From NCBI GenBank assembly GCA_963693365.1, contig CAVNZM010000048.1, forward strand, positions 1-28,981: a DNA stretch of 28,981 nucleotides. The letters are read 5' to 3'. Below are positions 1 through 11,432 of the stretch, in pieces. The translations under genes were made by a program, and so were the position numbers. Below the pieces are notes generated by a model. That model did no database searches. It worked only from the letters and a program-made list of their open reading frames with translations, and had not been told where the DNA came from. Source of the stretch: Amoebidium appalachense. Its lineage: Eukaryota > Protista > Ichthyosporea. Position 1 is the stretch's first letter. The number at the start of each line of letters is the position of its first letter.

Positions 1-3000
1 AAGTCGTGGATGATATCCATGATGTAAGACTCTCTGGTGCATGTGGAGGTGATGGGGATCAGAGTGATTAAAATCAACACCGAGCATACGGTCAAATGGA
101 CTCATACGACAGCTGGCCATCTTGCTGATGTGGGCAGCCAGGTCACTGGCAGCAGTAGAACCCCGGGTGTTGGTGATGGTGGAGTCGTCGACGTAGTTAC
201 CAGCCCGAACCACATCGTTGTTGGGGAAGAACCGGAGGTAGATGCACGGGTCTGTCTTAGTACGGGTCAGGCCATGGGCAAGAAGAATGCCGTCGAGGAA
301 GTCGTACCAAGCCTTGGAGGCCTGCTTGAGGCCGTACAGGGCTTTCTTGAGTCTCCAGACCTTGCCAAGTGTGGCCATGGTGATGAATCCCGGGGGTTGT
401 TTCATGTAGATGGTCTCGGTGAGTGGGCTGTTGAGAAAGGCCGTAGACACGTCGAGTTGATGGATGTCATGACCTTCAACAACGGCCAGAGCTAGGATAG
501 CACGGAGAGCAGCCGGACGGATGACAGGGCTCTCAATCAACTCATAGTCAACACCGTATTGCTGACTGAAGCCTTGAGCAACACCACGGGCCTTGATCTT
601 GGTGTCACCAGCCGAGTTGAGAGTTTTCTCGGAGACAATCCACTTGAAGCCGACGATGTTAGCACCAGGGGGAGGGTCAACAAGTTCAAAGATGTCTTTG
701 TCGACGAAGGCTTGATACTCAGCAGTGAGGGCTGACTTGACCTGGTCACCATTGGGTCCGGAACACAGTTGACGGACAAGTTTGGGTAGTTGGTCGATGT
801 TGATGGGGGGACCGGGGGGGACTGGCAGGGTGGTGGTGGCTTGAAGTCCAACCTTGCCCTGTAGACGGGCAGAACGACGGGGTGCAGGAACCGGGGGAGG
901 TGGAGACGGGGGGGGGGGGAACTTGGAAGTTCGGAATTGCAGGGGGGGCAACCTCCGGGCTGGACGGGGCCGAGTGGAAGTTGTCGGGGGAGCCGGGTCG
1001 GATGGGTGTGACGTTGCCAGGGGCAGGATGAGGGTCGGCAGGCTGGACGGGCACGGGGGCAGGGGGGCCGGTGGGGGGGGGTGTCGGGGGAACGACGATG
1101 GCAGGAGGGGGGCCAGAGTACACCAGACAAACATCATCTTCAGTGTCAACTGTGGGGGGTGGGGTGGTCGAAGTAGCAGTGGTGTCGGGGGTCGGAAGTG
1201 TTGATGGAATGTCGGACGGGAGATAAGCTGATTCGTCGAAAATCACATCACGGAAGAGGCCGACACGATGGGTGGTGGGATTGAAGATCCGGTGGCAGTG
1301 TGATTGAAGATCATAGCCGATATACATTCCGAGTTTGACGGTGGGGGCCAGCTTGTTCCGTTTAGAGGCTGGCACATGAGTGTAGGCAGGGCAACCGAAC
1401 ACTTTGAGCTCGGAGATGTCGGGCTTGACACCGTAGAAAACCTCGAATGGTGTACGACCATTGGCAGTCGTGGACGGGGTGACGTTGATGATGTAGGCGG
1501 CATGTTGGAGGGCCTCAGCCCACAGTTTGGGGGACAGAGACTGATCTTGGACTTGATGGAGGAGGCAACGAACAATCTCTTGGAGGAACCGCATACGACG
1601 TTCAACATAGCCGTTCAGTTGAGGGCAGTCCACCGGAGCATAGCTGGCCTTGATGCCCTGGGAGAGGCAAAAAGCACGGGTAGCCTTGGAGGTGAACTCA
1701 GAGCCGGAGTCGAAGTGGTAGACACCAACTTTGGAGGGGGCATGGGTAGCAACGAGGTTGGTGTGAGCTGTGAGAGTGTCCAGGGTGGTTGTACGGTCGG
1801 CCATCGGGTAGATCTTGACGAGTCCAGAGGCACGGCAGACAGTGACGAGAGCAACCTTGGAACCTCCGTACGATGTTGTGGTAGGCTCAAAAAAATCCCA
1901 ATGCCATTCATGACCGGGGATGTTGGAGTGAGGACGGTCACCCTTGAACGGAGCCTTGGTGGTTTTACCCATAATGCAGCCATGACAATCAGGAACATCA
2001 CAGTCGAGGACAGACGAGGGGAGACCAATAACAAGGTCGTGTTTCACCATGTCCTTGATGCTGGTCATAGCACGGTGCCCCAGACGATGGTGCCAGATGG
2101 ATGGGTTAACACTGGCAGTGGCAGCCAGAGCCACAGGACGAGTGGGTGGTTGAATGGTGTAGTCCTTGAAGTAATACAGACCGTTGTGTAGACGGAGGTT
2201 GACGAGATGACGGCCGGTGAGTCGGTCGAAGAGGAATGACGGAGTGGAGGCATCATTCAAATCACCCTTGATGTATTCGGCAGCAGCTTGGGATGTTGAA
2301 ATGAGGAAGGCTTGGCCAGACGGGGTGTAGTAGGCTTCAATGGTAAGGGTGGCAGTGCCATGGTCGGTGGTGGTGTTGATGACGATATGGCCGGTGTGAG
2401 TGGCCAAGACGGGGGTACCATTGAAGGCAGCAACAGGAGTCGGTGTCGGAAGGGGAGTGAGGTCATGGAAGAACTCACGGGTGGGGCAGACAGTCATGTT
2501 GCACCCGGAATCCCAGGCAGGGTCGGAGGACACGGGGACGGAGCTAGCATTGTATGCCGAGAAAGCAAAGGAGACAGATTTCTCACTGCCTTGACGGGAA
2601 CGGTTGTGTCTGGACATACGGCATTTCGGCTCAGGGCAATCGATGATCGTGTGATCAGGCTCGTGGCAGTAGGAGCATGCTTTCACGGACGGGGTGTTAG
2701 AACGAGCCGGGGAATCAGAACGACGGGAACCCGAGAAACGGGAACGACTGGGGGAACGAGACGTGGACCGGAAGGCAGGCCGGTGGGGGGAACGGGATCG
2801 GGTGTGCTGACGGGAGAGACGAGTTCTGAGGTCCGTGCCAGGGGTACGGTCAAGTCGGTTGCGTAAGTCACGGCGAGGAAGATCACGGGGGGGAGCACTG
2901 GCATTTAATGCCATGCTGGACTTGGAGGCACGGTGGGCACGGTTGCTCCGGAGTTGCATCTTGAGGTCTTGACGTAGCTCGATGCCCTTGACGTGGTTGT

Positions 3001-3644
3001 GGAGGGACTCGAAGTCGGGGAATAGCTTATCACCGAAGTGATAGTCTTCGATAAGACGGTTGAACTCAGGGGTGAGGTCGTCTCTGGTGGTGAGTTCATT
3101 GAAGAACTTCTCAGCTAGACGAGTGAAGTGAATGGACTCATCTTGGAGGGACTGGAGCTGGTTCACGATGGTCTGCAGACGACTCAGGTAGGTGGTGAAT
3201 GATTCACCGGGCTGAAGGGCACAGGCATCCCACTGACGGTGAAGGATGCGGATCTGATCGGGTTTGCCTTGGAGGTAGTGTTGACGGAATTTCCACATGG
3301 CCCGTTCAGGGTCCATGCCAATACGGTACTGGGCAACGGTGGTGAGGACGGAAGGGTCGATGTTCTGTATCATATGGAGCAGGAGGCAATTACGGGCCTC
3401 CTTGAGTTCCGCCGGCGGTAGTGCCGTAGCCGTAGAAGGGGGGTTCACCGTCAACCGCGACGGTGGTAGGGGGGACGTAGTTGTCAGCAAGTACAACATC
3501 CACGAGTCGGACACCTTTAGTGCCGGTCATCATGCCGAGAAAAATGATGTCCCATTGAAAATAGGTGGTTTTGCTATCGGGACCAGTTTTCCCTTCACCT
3601 TTCCACATGGTTATTTTGTTTACACCAGTTTTGTTTGGATCCAT
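1..3644 (-). pseudogene. Copia gag-pol polyprotein, frameshifted, partial
   Basis: ATG 3644 (MDPNKTG); 4-bp insertion near 3412 shifts into ORF 746-3514 with CSYCHEPDHTIIDC, WDSGC, WHHRLGH..CHGC and HWDFF/FDSGSEF/NGYVERR (DDE). A second shift, probably near the G-run at about 908-919, leads to an RT frame open to the window edge (KARGVAQGFSQ, QLDVSTAFLN, IYMKQPPGF, LKKALYGLKQA, YVDD). Confidence 0.9.
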
Positions 3645-3693
3645 GATTGAAAAACGAGCGCTAGTTCTAGATGTGTGTAGGGAGCGTGCAAAA

Positions 3694-3706
3694 GGGCTGC
3701 ATAACC
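3694..3706 (-). promoter_or_regulatory. Primer-binding site GGTTATGCAGCCC (half-tRNA-iMet type)
   Basis: Directly follows the LTR end ...AACA on the minus strand; identical in copy 2 at 12624-12636. Confidence 0.75.
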
Positions 3707-4630
3707 TGTTGAATTGTATAAGTATTTGGGACGGAAGCAGAGACACAGTGGTGCAGTGTGAAAACACCACAGACACACACAACAACAAAACACGGAACGA
3801 TCGGAGCAGTGTACACAACAGACATCAATGTTTAGACACGACTAAACTGAATTTATTCTGATCTTCGAATAAATACCTGAAATTCCTCTAAGTCCAATCC
3901 ATACATGATTTCCGACCAGTCGGAAATCAGATCCATCTCTAATAGAAACCAATCACTAAGAACCAATTGCTTTCAGAGAGATCCGGTACGCGAGACGTAC
4001 ACGATAGGACACAGACACTAGTTAAGATCAACTCGTGTCATCATCAAGGAAGTTCTAACCTATGACACACTGCAAAGACTCAGACATATCACACTTAACC
4101 TTGATGATTGGTTAAAGCCCGGCAACACATGAAAACTAAAGTGAATTAATGAAGTCTAAACACACATGCTATTCTAAGTGTAGCCTAAGTGTGTCACCCT
4201 CCAATGAACACGTATTAAGTAACACAAATCTACCTAACATATATTAGTAGAAAAGAAACACGATTATACACATGAAGACAAGGAGAGAAAGAAAAGAAAA
4301 TAAGGAAGGAGAAAGAGAAAGGAAAAGAGAGCACAGATCAACAAACAAGATAGTAATAGCATAACTATAACCAGAGATATTTATGTACACACGAACATGT
4401 ACACGTCTCTCCCTGAGTGGGTGGATCCGTGTACACACATATAAATATTCTAATCGATATTACAATACACGATTAGAGCCGATACAACACGATTACAAGT
4501 ATACAAGCATATCGGAGATCGATGCTACACTTTACATAATAGGAGTGTGGCATTTACACTAAGCATATGAACTGAAACATAACACAAACTGAGAAGATCT
4601 TACCATATGTAAATACTACGTATTACAACA
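3707..4630 (-). repeat. Copia 5' LTR (about 924 bp, TGTTG...CAACA)
   Basis: 3707-4504 is matched by 5219-5656 plus 11073-11432, and its start by 12637-12795; the outer end at 4630 is inferred only from the terminal CAACA. Confidence 0.8.
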
Positions 4631-4868
4631 CCAATAAAACCTTGAGAAACGGGAATTTGGTTAACCACGGCTGACAAAGTGTCAGTACCTAACGACGGAG
4701 GAAAGTACACGAAAGACAAAGTCCACGCACGAAACTGAATGGTGACGAAATACTCGTGATCAATTTGGGGCTCATTGAGGCCGCCGGTAGAACAGGCCGC
4801 CGGTAGGACAGGGATGTACCCTAAGCCATCATATCATACAATCCGGCCAGGAAGAATATGACAGGGAA

Positions 4869-4899
4869 CACGGCCATCTAGAAACACCAGGCCGTCTAA
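4869..4899 (+). repeat. Left TIR (31 bp) of the THAP transposon
   Basis: Exact reverse complement of 13918-13948. Confidence 0.9.
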
Positions 4900-5218
4900 C
4901 GCGATTAACATTCCCGGGATAATGACATTTTAACCAAAAATGGCTATTCTGCATTCCACAAAGGGGTGCGGCCTACTTTTCATGGCTACCGCGTATCCAG
5001 ACGATTACGTAATCGTGCAATGAATTTGAAGATCCGAATCGGGTCACACCACGGCCCATATTGCAGCGCTTATCATTCGTAAATATTATATACTCAAATC
5101 GAATCGGGCTGAAAGGAAAGCCCGACAGGTATCGCGGAGAAAACTGCTGCACTTGCCGTACAAACAAAAGCATGAGTAAGCTGCTTTTCTGCTCCACTTT
5201 TTTGTCTTGTTGTTGTTG

Positions 5219-5656
5219 TGTTAAATTGTATAAGTATTTGGGATGAAAGCAGAGATACAGTGGTGCAGTGTAAAAACACCACAGACACACACAACAACAA
5301 AACACGGAACGATCGGAGCAGTGTACACAACAGACATCAATGTTTAGACACGACTGAACTGAATTTATTCTGATCTTCGAATAAATACCTGAAATTCCTC
5401 TAAGTCCAATCCATACATGATTTCCGACCAGTCGGAAATCAGATCTATCTCTAATAGAAACCAATCACTAAGAACCAATTGCTTTCAGAGAGATCTGGTA
5501 CGCGGAGACGTACACGATAGGACACAGACACTAGTTAAGATCAACTCGTGTCATCATCAAGGAAGTTCTAACCTATGACACACTGCAAAGACTCAGACAT
5601 ATCAAGTTAACCTTGATGATTGGTTAAAGCCCGGCAACACATGATAACTAAAGTAA
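5219..5656 (-). repeat. Copia copy 2 3' LTR, outer part
   Basis: Near-identical to 3707-4144; not flanked by a PBS. Confidence 0.9.
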
Positions 5657-6007
5657 AGGTTTTATTTGTGGAAATTATTGACATAAATATTTTTCTGGGT
5701 AAACACGTAGGATGGGTGTTCGGTACCAACATAACCATGTAGGCTTCATTTCGTGTTTTAGCAGTTAGCGGTTGGCTGCCCGCACACGGGCACCTATTAG
5801 CCAGTCAAAACATCAGATACAACAGATCACTAGACCGAGTTATGATTGGCTCGGATCAGATTTCACATATCACTAGATCGATTTTTGATTGGCTCAGATC
5901 GGTAGGCTTAGGTATATAAGCATGACAGTTTTTAGCAGATCAGCAAGCTACAAACACATCTTCTGTGTTTAGCATCCACAGCCTTACAGCTATATATTCC
6001 TTTTTTA
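5657..6007 (+). repeat. Ngaro split direct repeat A1 (351 bp)
   Basis: Near-identical to 10504-10854. Confidence 0.93.
5826..5920 (+). promoter_or_regulatory. Putative Ngaro promoter: two tandem ATCACTAGA..GATTGGCTC units (reverse CCAAT boxes) plus TATATAAG
   Basis: Motifs lie about 120-210 bp upstream of the gag ATG at 6039. Confidence 0.55.
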
Positions 6008-6038
6008 ATTCTCCCTATCTTTCCCTACGCCGGTCAGC

Positions 6039-7191
6039 ATGCCGCCGAAAAAGCGCCAGGCCTCAGCCGCCGCCCCTGCCGCGGCACCTAAGCGCCTGAC
6101 CCGCAGCGACCTCCGCCACAGGCTGACCAACGCTCCCGCGGACACTGATGCGCCTCCAGCGGCCCATACCACCACGGACCCGGACCCGCCGGCTACTCTC
6201 CCCTCCACTCCTGAAGTCCCCCCTCAGGCCCCGCCGTCCCCGCAGATGACTTCTCAAGACGCCGTCCTGGCCGCCCTCACCGCCATCAGCACCCAGATGG
6301 CTGGCGTCCTGGCTGCTCTCACCAACCGCGACCCGCCTTCTACACCCGGGGAGGTTTCCCCGGGGCTGCATCTCGGCCCTGACCTAGACCTACCTGCCCT
6401 GCCCGCGCCCCCCATCACAGGTGAGAACACTGGCGACATTCAGCCGGGCACACTCCCGCTTCCCCCCGCGGATGTGCTGGCAGATTTGCGCGCCAATCGT
6501 TTCGTCGACCTGTATAAGTTCACCCCCGCCGCCCTCCTGGCCCCATCCAAGAAAGGTCAGCATCTGCGCATGGCCGACGACGGCAGCATCGAGACTTTTC
6601 GCCAAGACAAACCCGTTCCCCTGCGTTCACTCGTCATTTGGATCCAAGCTTGGACCCATTACATGGCCGCCAAGCACCACCTCGGCCTCCCCACGGACAA
6701 AGACGTACTTTGGACTCAGCACATCACTCGCCTCAGCACCCGATACCCGTGGGCCCAGATCCACAACTATGACGTATACGCCCGCACCGTTGCCCACCAG
6801 CAGGGTCGGGCTCCGATCGAGTGTCCCAACCTGCTCGCCCAACTCCACCAGGATCTCCTCCTGCCACCCACTTCTGCTCATCCCGGACGCATGTCAGCGC
6901 TGTGGCTTCCCCGACCACCCCAGCGCAGCCTGCCCCATGTACCCCAAGCCCGGCTGTGGTCTTGACGGCTTTAAGCCGCCCCACAAGCCCGGCGGGGGTC
7001 AAACCCCTAACCGCCCTGGCCCGCAACCCGGCCCGGCAAAACCGGCCCGACCCGTGGATCTACCCGCGACGCACTGCAGGAATTTCCACATTAACGGTCG
7101 GTCCTGCGCTAAGCAGCCCTGCCCCTTCTCCCACGTGTGCCCGCTCTGCTCTGGCACACACCCCCGCAAAGACTGCAAGCACAATGCCTAG
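6039..7191 (+). CDS. Ngaro Gag-like ORF1 with one frameshift near 6860-6885
   Basis: ORF 6039-6965 (FVDLYKF, WIQAWTHY, WAQIHNYDVYAR) continues in the frame ending at 7191, which holds CQRCGFPDHPSAAC and CRNFH..C...PCPFSHVCPLCSGTH zinc fingers typical of DIRS-order Gag. Confidence 0.8.
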
Positions 7192-7493
7192 TCTTCGCCC
7201 ACACCCACACACACAGCTAGAACATAGGGGTTAGGAGCTAGGACACACGAGTACAGGGAAACGGAGCTCGGGAGAACGGGCCAATAGGGCTGAGTACAAA
7301 ATTTCGCAGGCCAACTACGGCGCCCGCGCGCGTCAAGAATAAATGTCCCTACACAAAGACGTTTATTCTGGCCACTGCACATAATTTTACTCCCCCCCCC
7401 CCATCCCACGAGCCTCCCCCCCCCCCCCCCTTACACTCACCTAGCACTCCCTCCCCCCCCCGTCTTCTACCTCTGTGTCCGCCCACACCCCGC

Positions 7494-9293
7494 GTGCTCG
7501 GGCACATTCCCCTGCACAGGGCCCCGCTGCCCTCCCTGCCCACCCTCACTTGGGCCCAGCTGCCCTACTCTAACCCCCCCGGGGCCCTGCTGGCCCCCCC
7601 CCCCCCCCCCCCGCTGCCGGGATCTCCCCAAGGGTACACCACCCTTGCTAACCACCCCTTCCCCCGAGGCTCAGACACGGTGGCCCGCCCGCTGCCCCCG
7701 CACCACATTGACACCTCCCGCCTCCGGGAACTGCTGGCCTCCTACCCGGACCAACCATTCGCCGCACAACTCCTCCACGATGTCGAATTCGGCGTCGACA
7801 TCGGCTATCGCGGCCCCTCCACCTCTCGGGTGGGCCCCAACCTACCCACCACCCCGGAGGCAGCTGCTGCTATCACGGTGGATATTGCCAAAGAAGTCGC
7901 CCTCGGCCACCTGCGCGGCCCCCTCTCCCCGGCCCAATTCTTTGACGAATTTCCGGTCCACCGCTCCTCCCCCATTGGCGCCGTTACCAAGAAAGGGAAC
8001 CCCCCCAAGTACCGTCGAATCCACCACCTCTCCTGGCCCCGGGGTAGCAGTGTCAATGACAGCATCACCTACCCCGACGAACTTCAGTACATTCGCGCCC
8101 GGGATGTCACCCAACTCATTCTCGACGCAGGCCCCGGCTGCTACATGGCCGTGGCAGATGTGCAGGCTGCCTTCCGGCACATGCCCATCCGACCGGAAGA
8201 CCACCACTTAATGGCATTCAAATGGCAAGGGCATTTTTACGTTGAAACCAGACTGCCCTTCGGCCTGAAATCTAGCCCAGCCATCTGGGAACGGATCGCG
8301 GCCACCCTACAGTGGCTGGCACACCAGCACGGTATTACCCTCATCCGCCACTACGTAGACGACTGGATTATAGTCGCCCCCACACAAGAGCAGTGCCAAC
8401 GTCACCTATCCACCTTCCTGCAACTCTGCCGAGAGCTGCACATTGCCATCTCCGAAGACAAGATGCAGGGCCCGGCTACCCGTGTCGTCTTCATCGGTAT
8501 CGAATTCGACTCCATCACCATGGAGGCACGAATCCCGGCTTCCAAGCTCTCGGACCTACTCGACCTCACTTCCCACCCAAAGCCCACCATCACCATTCGG
8601 GACCTGCAGTCCCTCCTCGGCAAACTCACCTGGTGTGCCCAGCTGGTTCCCCCCGGGAGGGCCTTCTCCCAGCGCCTATGGGCCCTTCTCCGGACCCACC
8701 CACACCTTGCCGGCCACCACCACATACGACTGACTGCTGCCGCCCGGGCCGACATAGCCGAATGGCACCAGTTCCTCACATCATGGAATGGGGTGCACCT
8801 CATCACACCCCCCACATACACCACCCTGGCCACTGATGCTGCCGGATCGGTGGGTCTAGGAGGCCACTGGCTCGACCAATGGTTCTTCATGCCCTGGTCC
8901 CCCTCCACCCAAGCCCTCTATGCTCATGAGGGTAAACTCGGTTCTTCCGTCATCGAACTCCTGGCCATCGCAGCCGCCGTGGCCCTCTGGGCCCCCTCCT
9001 GGTCCACCCACCATGTCCGTATTTTATGCGACAACACGGGTGCTGTGTCTGACCTGCACTCCCGGTCTTCCCCCCACCCCGTGATGGCCAAACTTATTCG
9101 GTTCATCACCCGCATGGAAATGCAATACCAATTTACGTTACAGGCATCCTACCTACCAGGACCCCTCAACCATCTGGCCGATGCCATTTCTCGTAACCAA
9201 CTTCCCCGGGCCCGACGACTCCGACCTTCCCTGCAACCGAAGCCCTGCCCCTTCCCCTCCTGGGTCCACGAGTTCCTATCCCTTCCCTTGGGC

Positions 9294-9296
<3 letters not shown>
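7494..9296 (+). CDS. Ngaro reverse transcriptase-RNase H
   Basis: YRRIHHLSWP, ADVQAAFRHMPI, LPFGLKSSP, YVDD; RNase H TDAA..ELLAI..CDN..NHLADAISR; true start uncertain (no nearby in-frame ATG). Confidence 0.95.
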
Positions 9297-9325
<29 letters not shown>

Positions 9326-9327
9326 AG

Positions 9328-10389
9328 ATCTCCCGTTCCGGAGCAACACTGGCAGATTGGCCCCCCACTTTGCTCCGGCCGAGCTGCTTCGAGCCACCAC
9401 TACCCTGCAGGAATGCCAGGCCCTGAGTCTCAACCTCGACTCTCGGGCCTTTTACTCCCGGGTGCAAAAAGTGTTCATCGATTTCTGTGTGGCATCTCGG
9501 CTGCAATCCTCCTCCGGGTCCTCCCTCCCGGCCTCCCCACACACCGTGCAACTTTTTCTCGCCTGGTGTGCCCAACGAGGGGTACAGGCCTCTTCCTTAA
9601 CCGGCTACAATTCGGCCATCACTAGGCTCCACCTCGACATGGGCCTCCCTGCTCCCTACCCCCACGACAAGTCTCTGGCCTGGTTCCTACGGGGGGTGGG
9701 CCGATGGCAGCTTTCTCACAACATCCGACCCCGCTCATCCACCAGGGAACCCCCTCCTCCCCTCCCACCTCCGCCTACTCCATGGCCAGTGCCCCACCAA
9801 GGCCTCCTCGGCCAATCTCCGGCTATGGACGGCCCTCATCGTCGGTTTCTGTGGCCTCCTCCGTTCAGGGGAATTTACCTCCAAGACCCTGACTTCTTTC
9901 GACCCATCCCGTCACGTTAAACGGAAGGACGTGACCTTCAGCTACACCCCCACCGGTACTTTGTCCCAAGCCACCCTCCACCTGCCAACCTCTAAGACGG
10001 ATGTACAGGCCCGAGGTGTCAACGTCACCCTAGCTGCCCTGCCCCTCACCCACTTCTCCCCAGCCCATCTCCTCCGGCAGTTCCTGGATACAACGTCCGG
10101 TCAACCCGACGACCCCCTCTTCAGTCTCGGTGGCATCCCCTACACCAAGAGTGCTTTCTCTGCCGATTTCCGTGCCCTCCTCTCCCGGGCAGGCCTCTCA
10201 CCCTCCCGGTTTGCCGGACACAGCCTCCGCATCGGGGGGGCCACAGCACTGGCTGAGGCCGGGGTCGACGACTCCCGGATCAAACAACTCGGCAGGTGGT
10301 CCTCCGACTGCTTCCTGATCTATACCCGACTTCGTCCGGCCTCCATTGCTGCCACCACCACACGTGTATTCGCCTCTATTCTTAAGTGA
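9328..10389 (+). CDS. Ngaro tyrosine recombinase (one extra C at about 9750-9754)
   Basis: Removing one C gives REPLLPSHL..GFCGLLRSGEF..SKTD..HSLRIGGAT..LGRWSS..YTR, the R-K-HxxR-W-Y catalytic set; the start is placed at the predicted splice acceptor. Confidence 0.88.
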
Positions 10390-10417
10390 AACCTTTGGAG
10401 CAAGCATACTGCTCTCG

Positions 10418-10503
10418 TGCCGTGGTTTACAACCATTGCAGGTTCACTTTCGTCCAAGGGGATGTCCCCCTAGAGGCAACACGTCCCGGAGTAGTTTTCA
10501 TAG
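10418..10503 (+). repeat. Ngaro repeat B1 (86 bp)
   Basis: Matches 10985-11072, which has an extra AC. Confidence 0.92.
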
Positions 10504-10854
10504 AGGTTTTATTTGTGGAAATTATTGACATAAATATTTTTCTGGGTAAACACGTAGGATGGGTGTTCGGTACCAACATAACCATGTAGGCTTCATTTCG
10601 TGTTTTAGCAGTTAGCGGTTGGCTGCCCGCACACGGGCACCTATTAGCCAGTCAAAACATCAGATACCACAGATCACTAGACCGAGTTATGATTGGCTCG
10701 GATCAGATTTCACATATCACTAGATCGATTTTTGATTGGCTCAGATCGGTAGGCTTAGGTATATAAGCACGACAGTTTTTAGCAGATCAGCAAGCTACAA
10801 ACACATCTTCTGTGTTTAGCATCCACAGCCTTACAGCTATATATTCCTTTTTTA
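10504..10854 (+). repeat. Ngaro repeat A2
   Basis: Matches 5657-6007; abuts B1, reproducing the circle junction CATAG|AGGTTTT. Confidence 0.92.
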
Positions 10855-10984
10855 CCCACCCACCTACACCCACACACAACCCCCATTGATCCACACATAC
10901 GTGCTGTTTTTTCACGGGGCGAAGACTTCCCCCGTTTTTTGGGCACATGGACCTCACGGATCAATAAATTGATGACTGGGGGCT

Positions 10985-11072
10985 TGCCGTGGTTTACAAC
11001 CATTGCAGGTTCACTTTCGTCCAAGGGGATGTCCCCCTAGAGGCAACACACGTCCCGGAGTAGTTTTCATAG
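10985..11072 (+). repeat. Ngaro repeat B2 (right terminus)
   Basis: Matches B1; Copia LTR sequence resumes at 11073. Confidence 0.92.
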
Positions 11073-11432
11073 ATTAATGAAGTCTAAACACACATGCTAT
11101 TCTAAGTGTAGCCTAAGTGTGTTACCGTCCAATGAACACGTATTAAGTAACACAAATCTACCTAACATATATTAGTAGAAAAGAAATACGAATATACACA
11201 TGAAGACAAGGAGAGAAAGAAAAGAAAATAAGGAAGGAGAAAGAGGAAGGAAAAGAGAGCACAGATCAACAAACAAGATAGTAATAGCATAACTATAACC
11301 AGAGATATTTATGTACACACGAACATGTACACGCCTCTCCCTGAGTGGGTGGATCCGTGTACACACATATAAATATTCTAATCGATATTACAACACACGA
11401 TTAAAGCCGATACAACACGATTACAAGTATAC
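11073..11432 (-). repeat. Copia copy 2 3' LTR, inner part (truncated by deletion)
   Basis: Matches 4145-4504. Confidence 0.9.

Larger units (their letters stand above)
1..4630 (-). mobile_element. Ty1/Copia LTR retrotransposon copy 1 (5' LTR, PBS, gag-PR-IN-RT; 3' part runs off the left edge)
   Basis: Domain order gag/zinc knuckle - protease - GAG-pre-integrase - integrase - RT on the minus strand; LTR starting TGTTG at 3707 adjacent to a GGTTATG-type PBS. Confidence 0.95.
5657..11072 (+). mobile_element. Ngaro-type (DIRS order) tyrosine-recombinase retrotransposon, full length, 5416 bp
   Basis: Split direct repeats A1-ORFs-B1-A2-spacer-B2; gag, RT/RNase H and YR ORFs; no methyltransferase domain after RNase H; no TSD. 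Confidence 0.93.

Noticed and set aside
37-3650. Plus-strand ORFs over Copia pol/gag (for example 37-495, 1304-2191, 2312-2866)
   Set aside because: Antisense shadows of a codon-biased polyprotein with no motifs of their own
4778-4809. 16-bp tandem duplication AGGCCGCCGGTAG[A/G]AC
   Set aside because: Only two copies with no spacers; not CRISPR-like and no evident function
4973-5464. 163-aa minus-strand ORF as the continuation of the transposase
   Set aside because: Half of it is LTR sequence and the remainder shows no convincing DDE or HTH motif
10960-11010. Hammerhead ribozyme suggested by TTGATGA in the Ngaro spacer
   Set aside because: No stem II followed by GAAA; the catalytic core is incomplete
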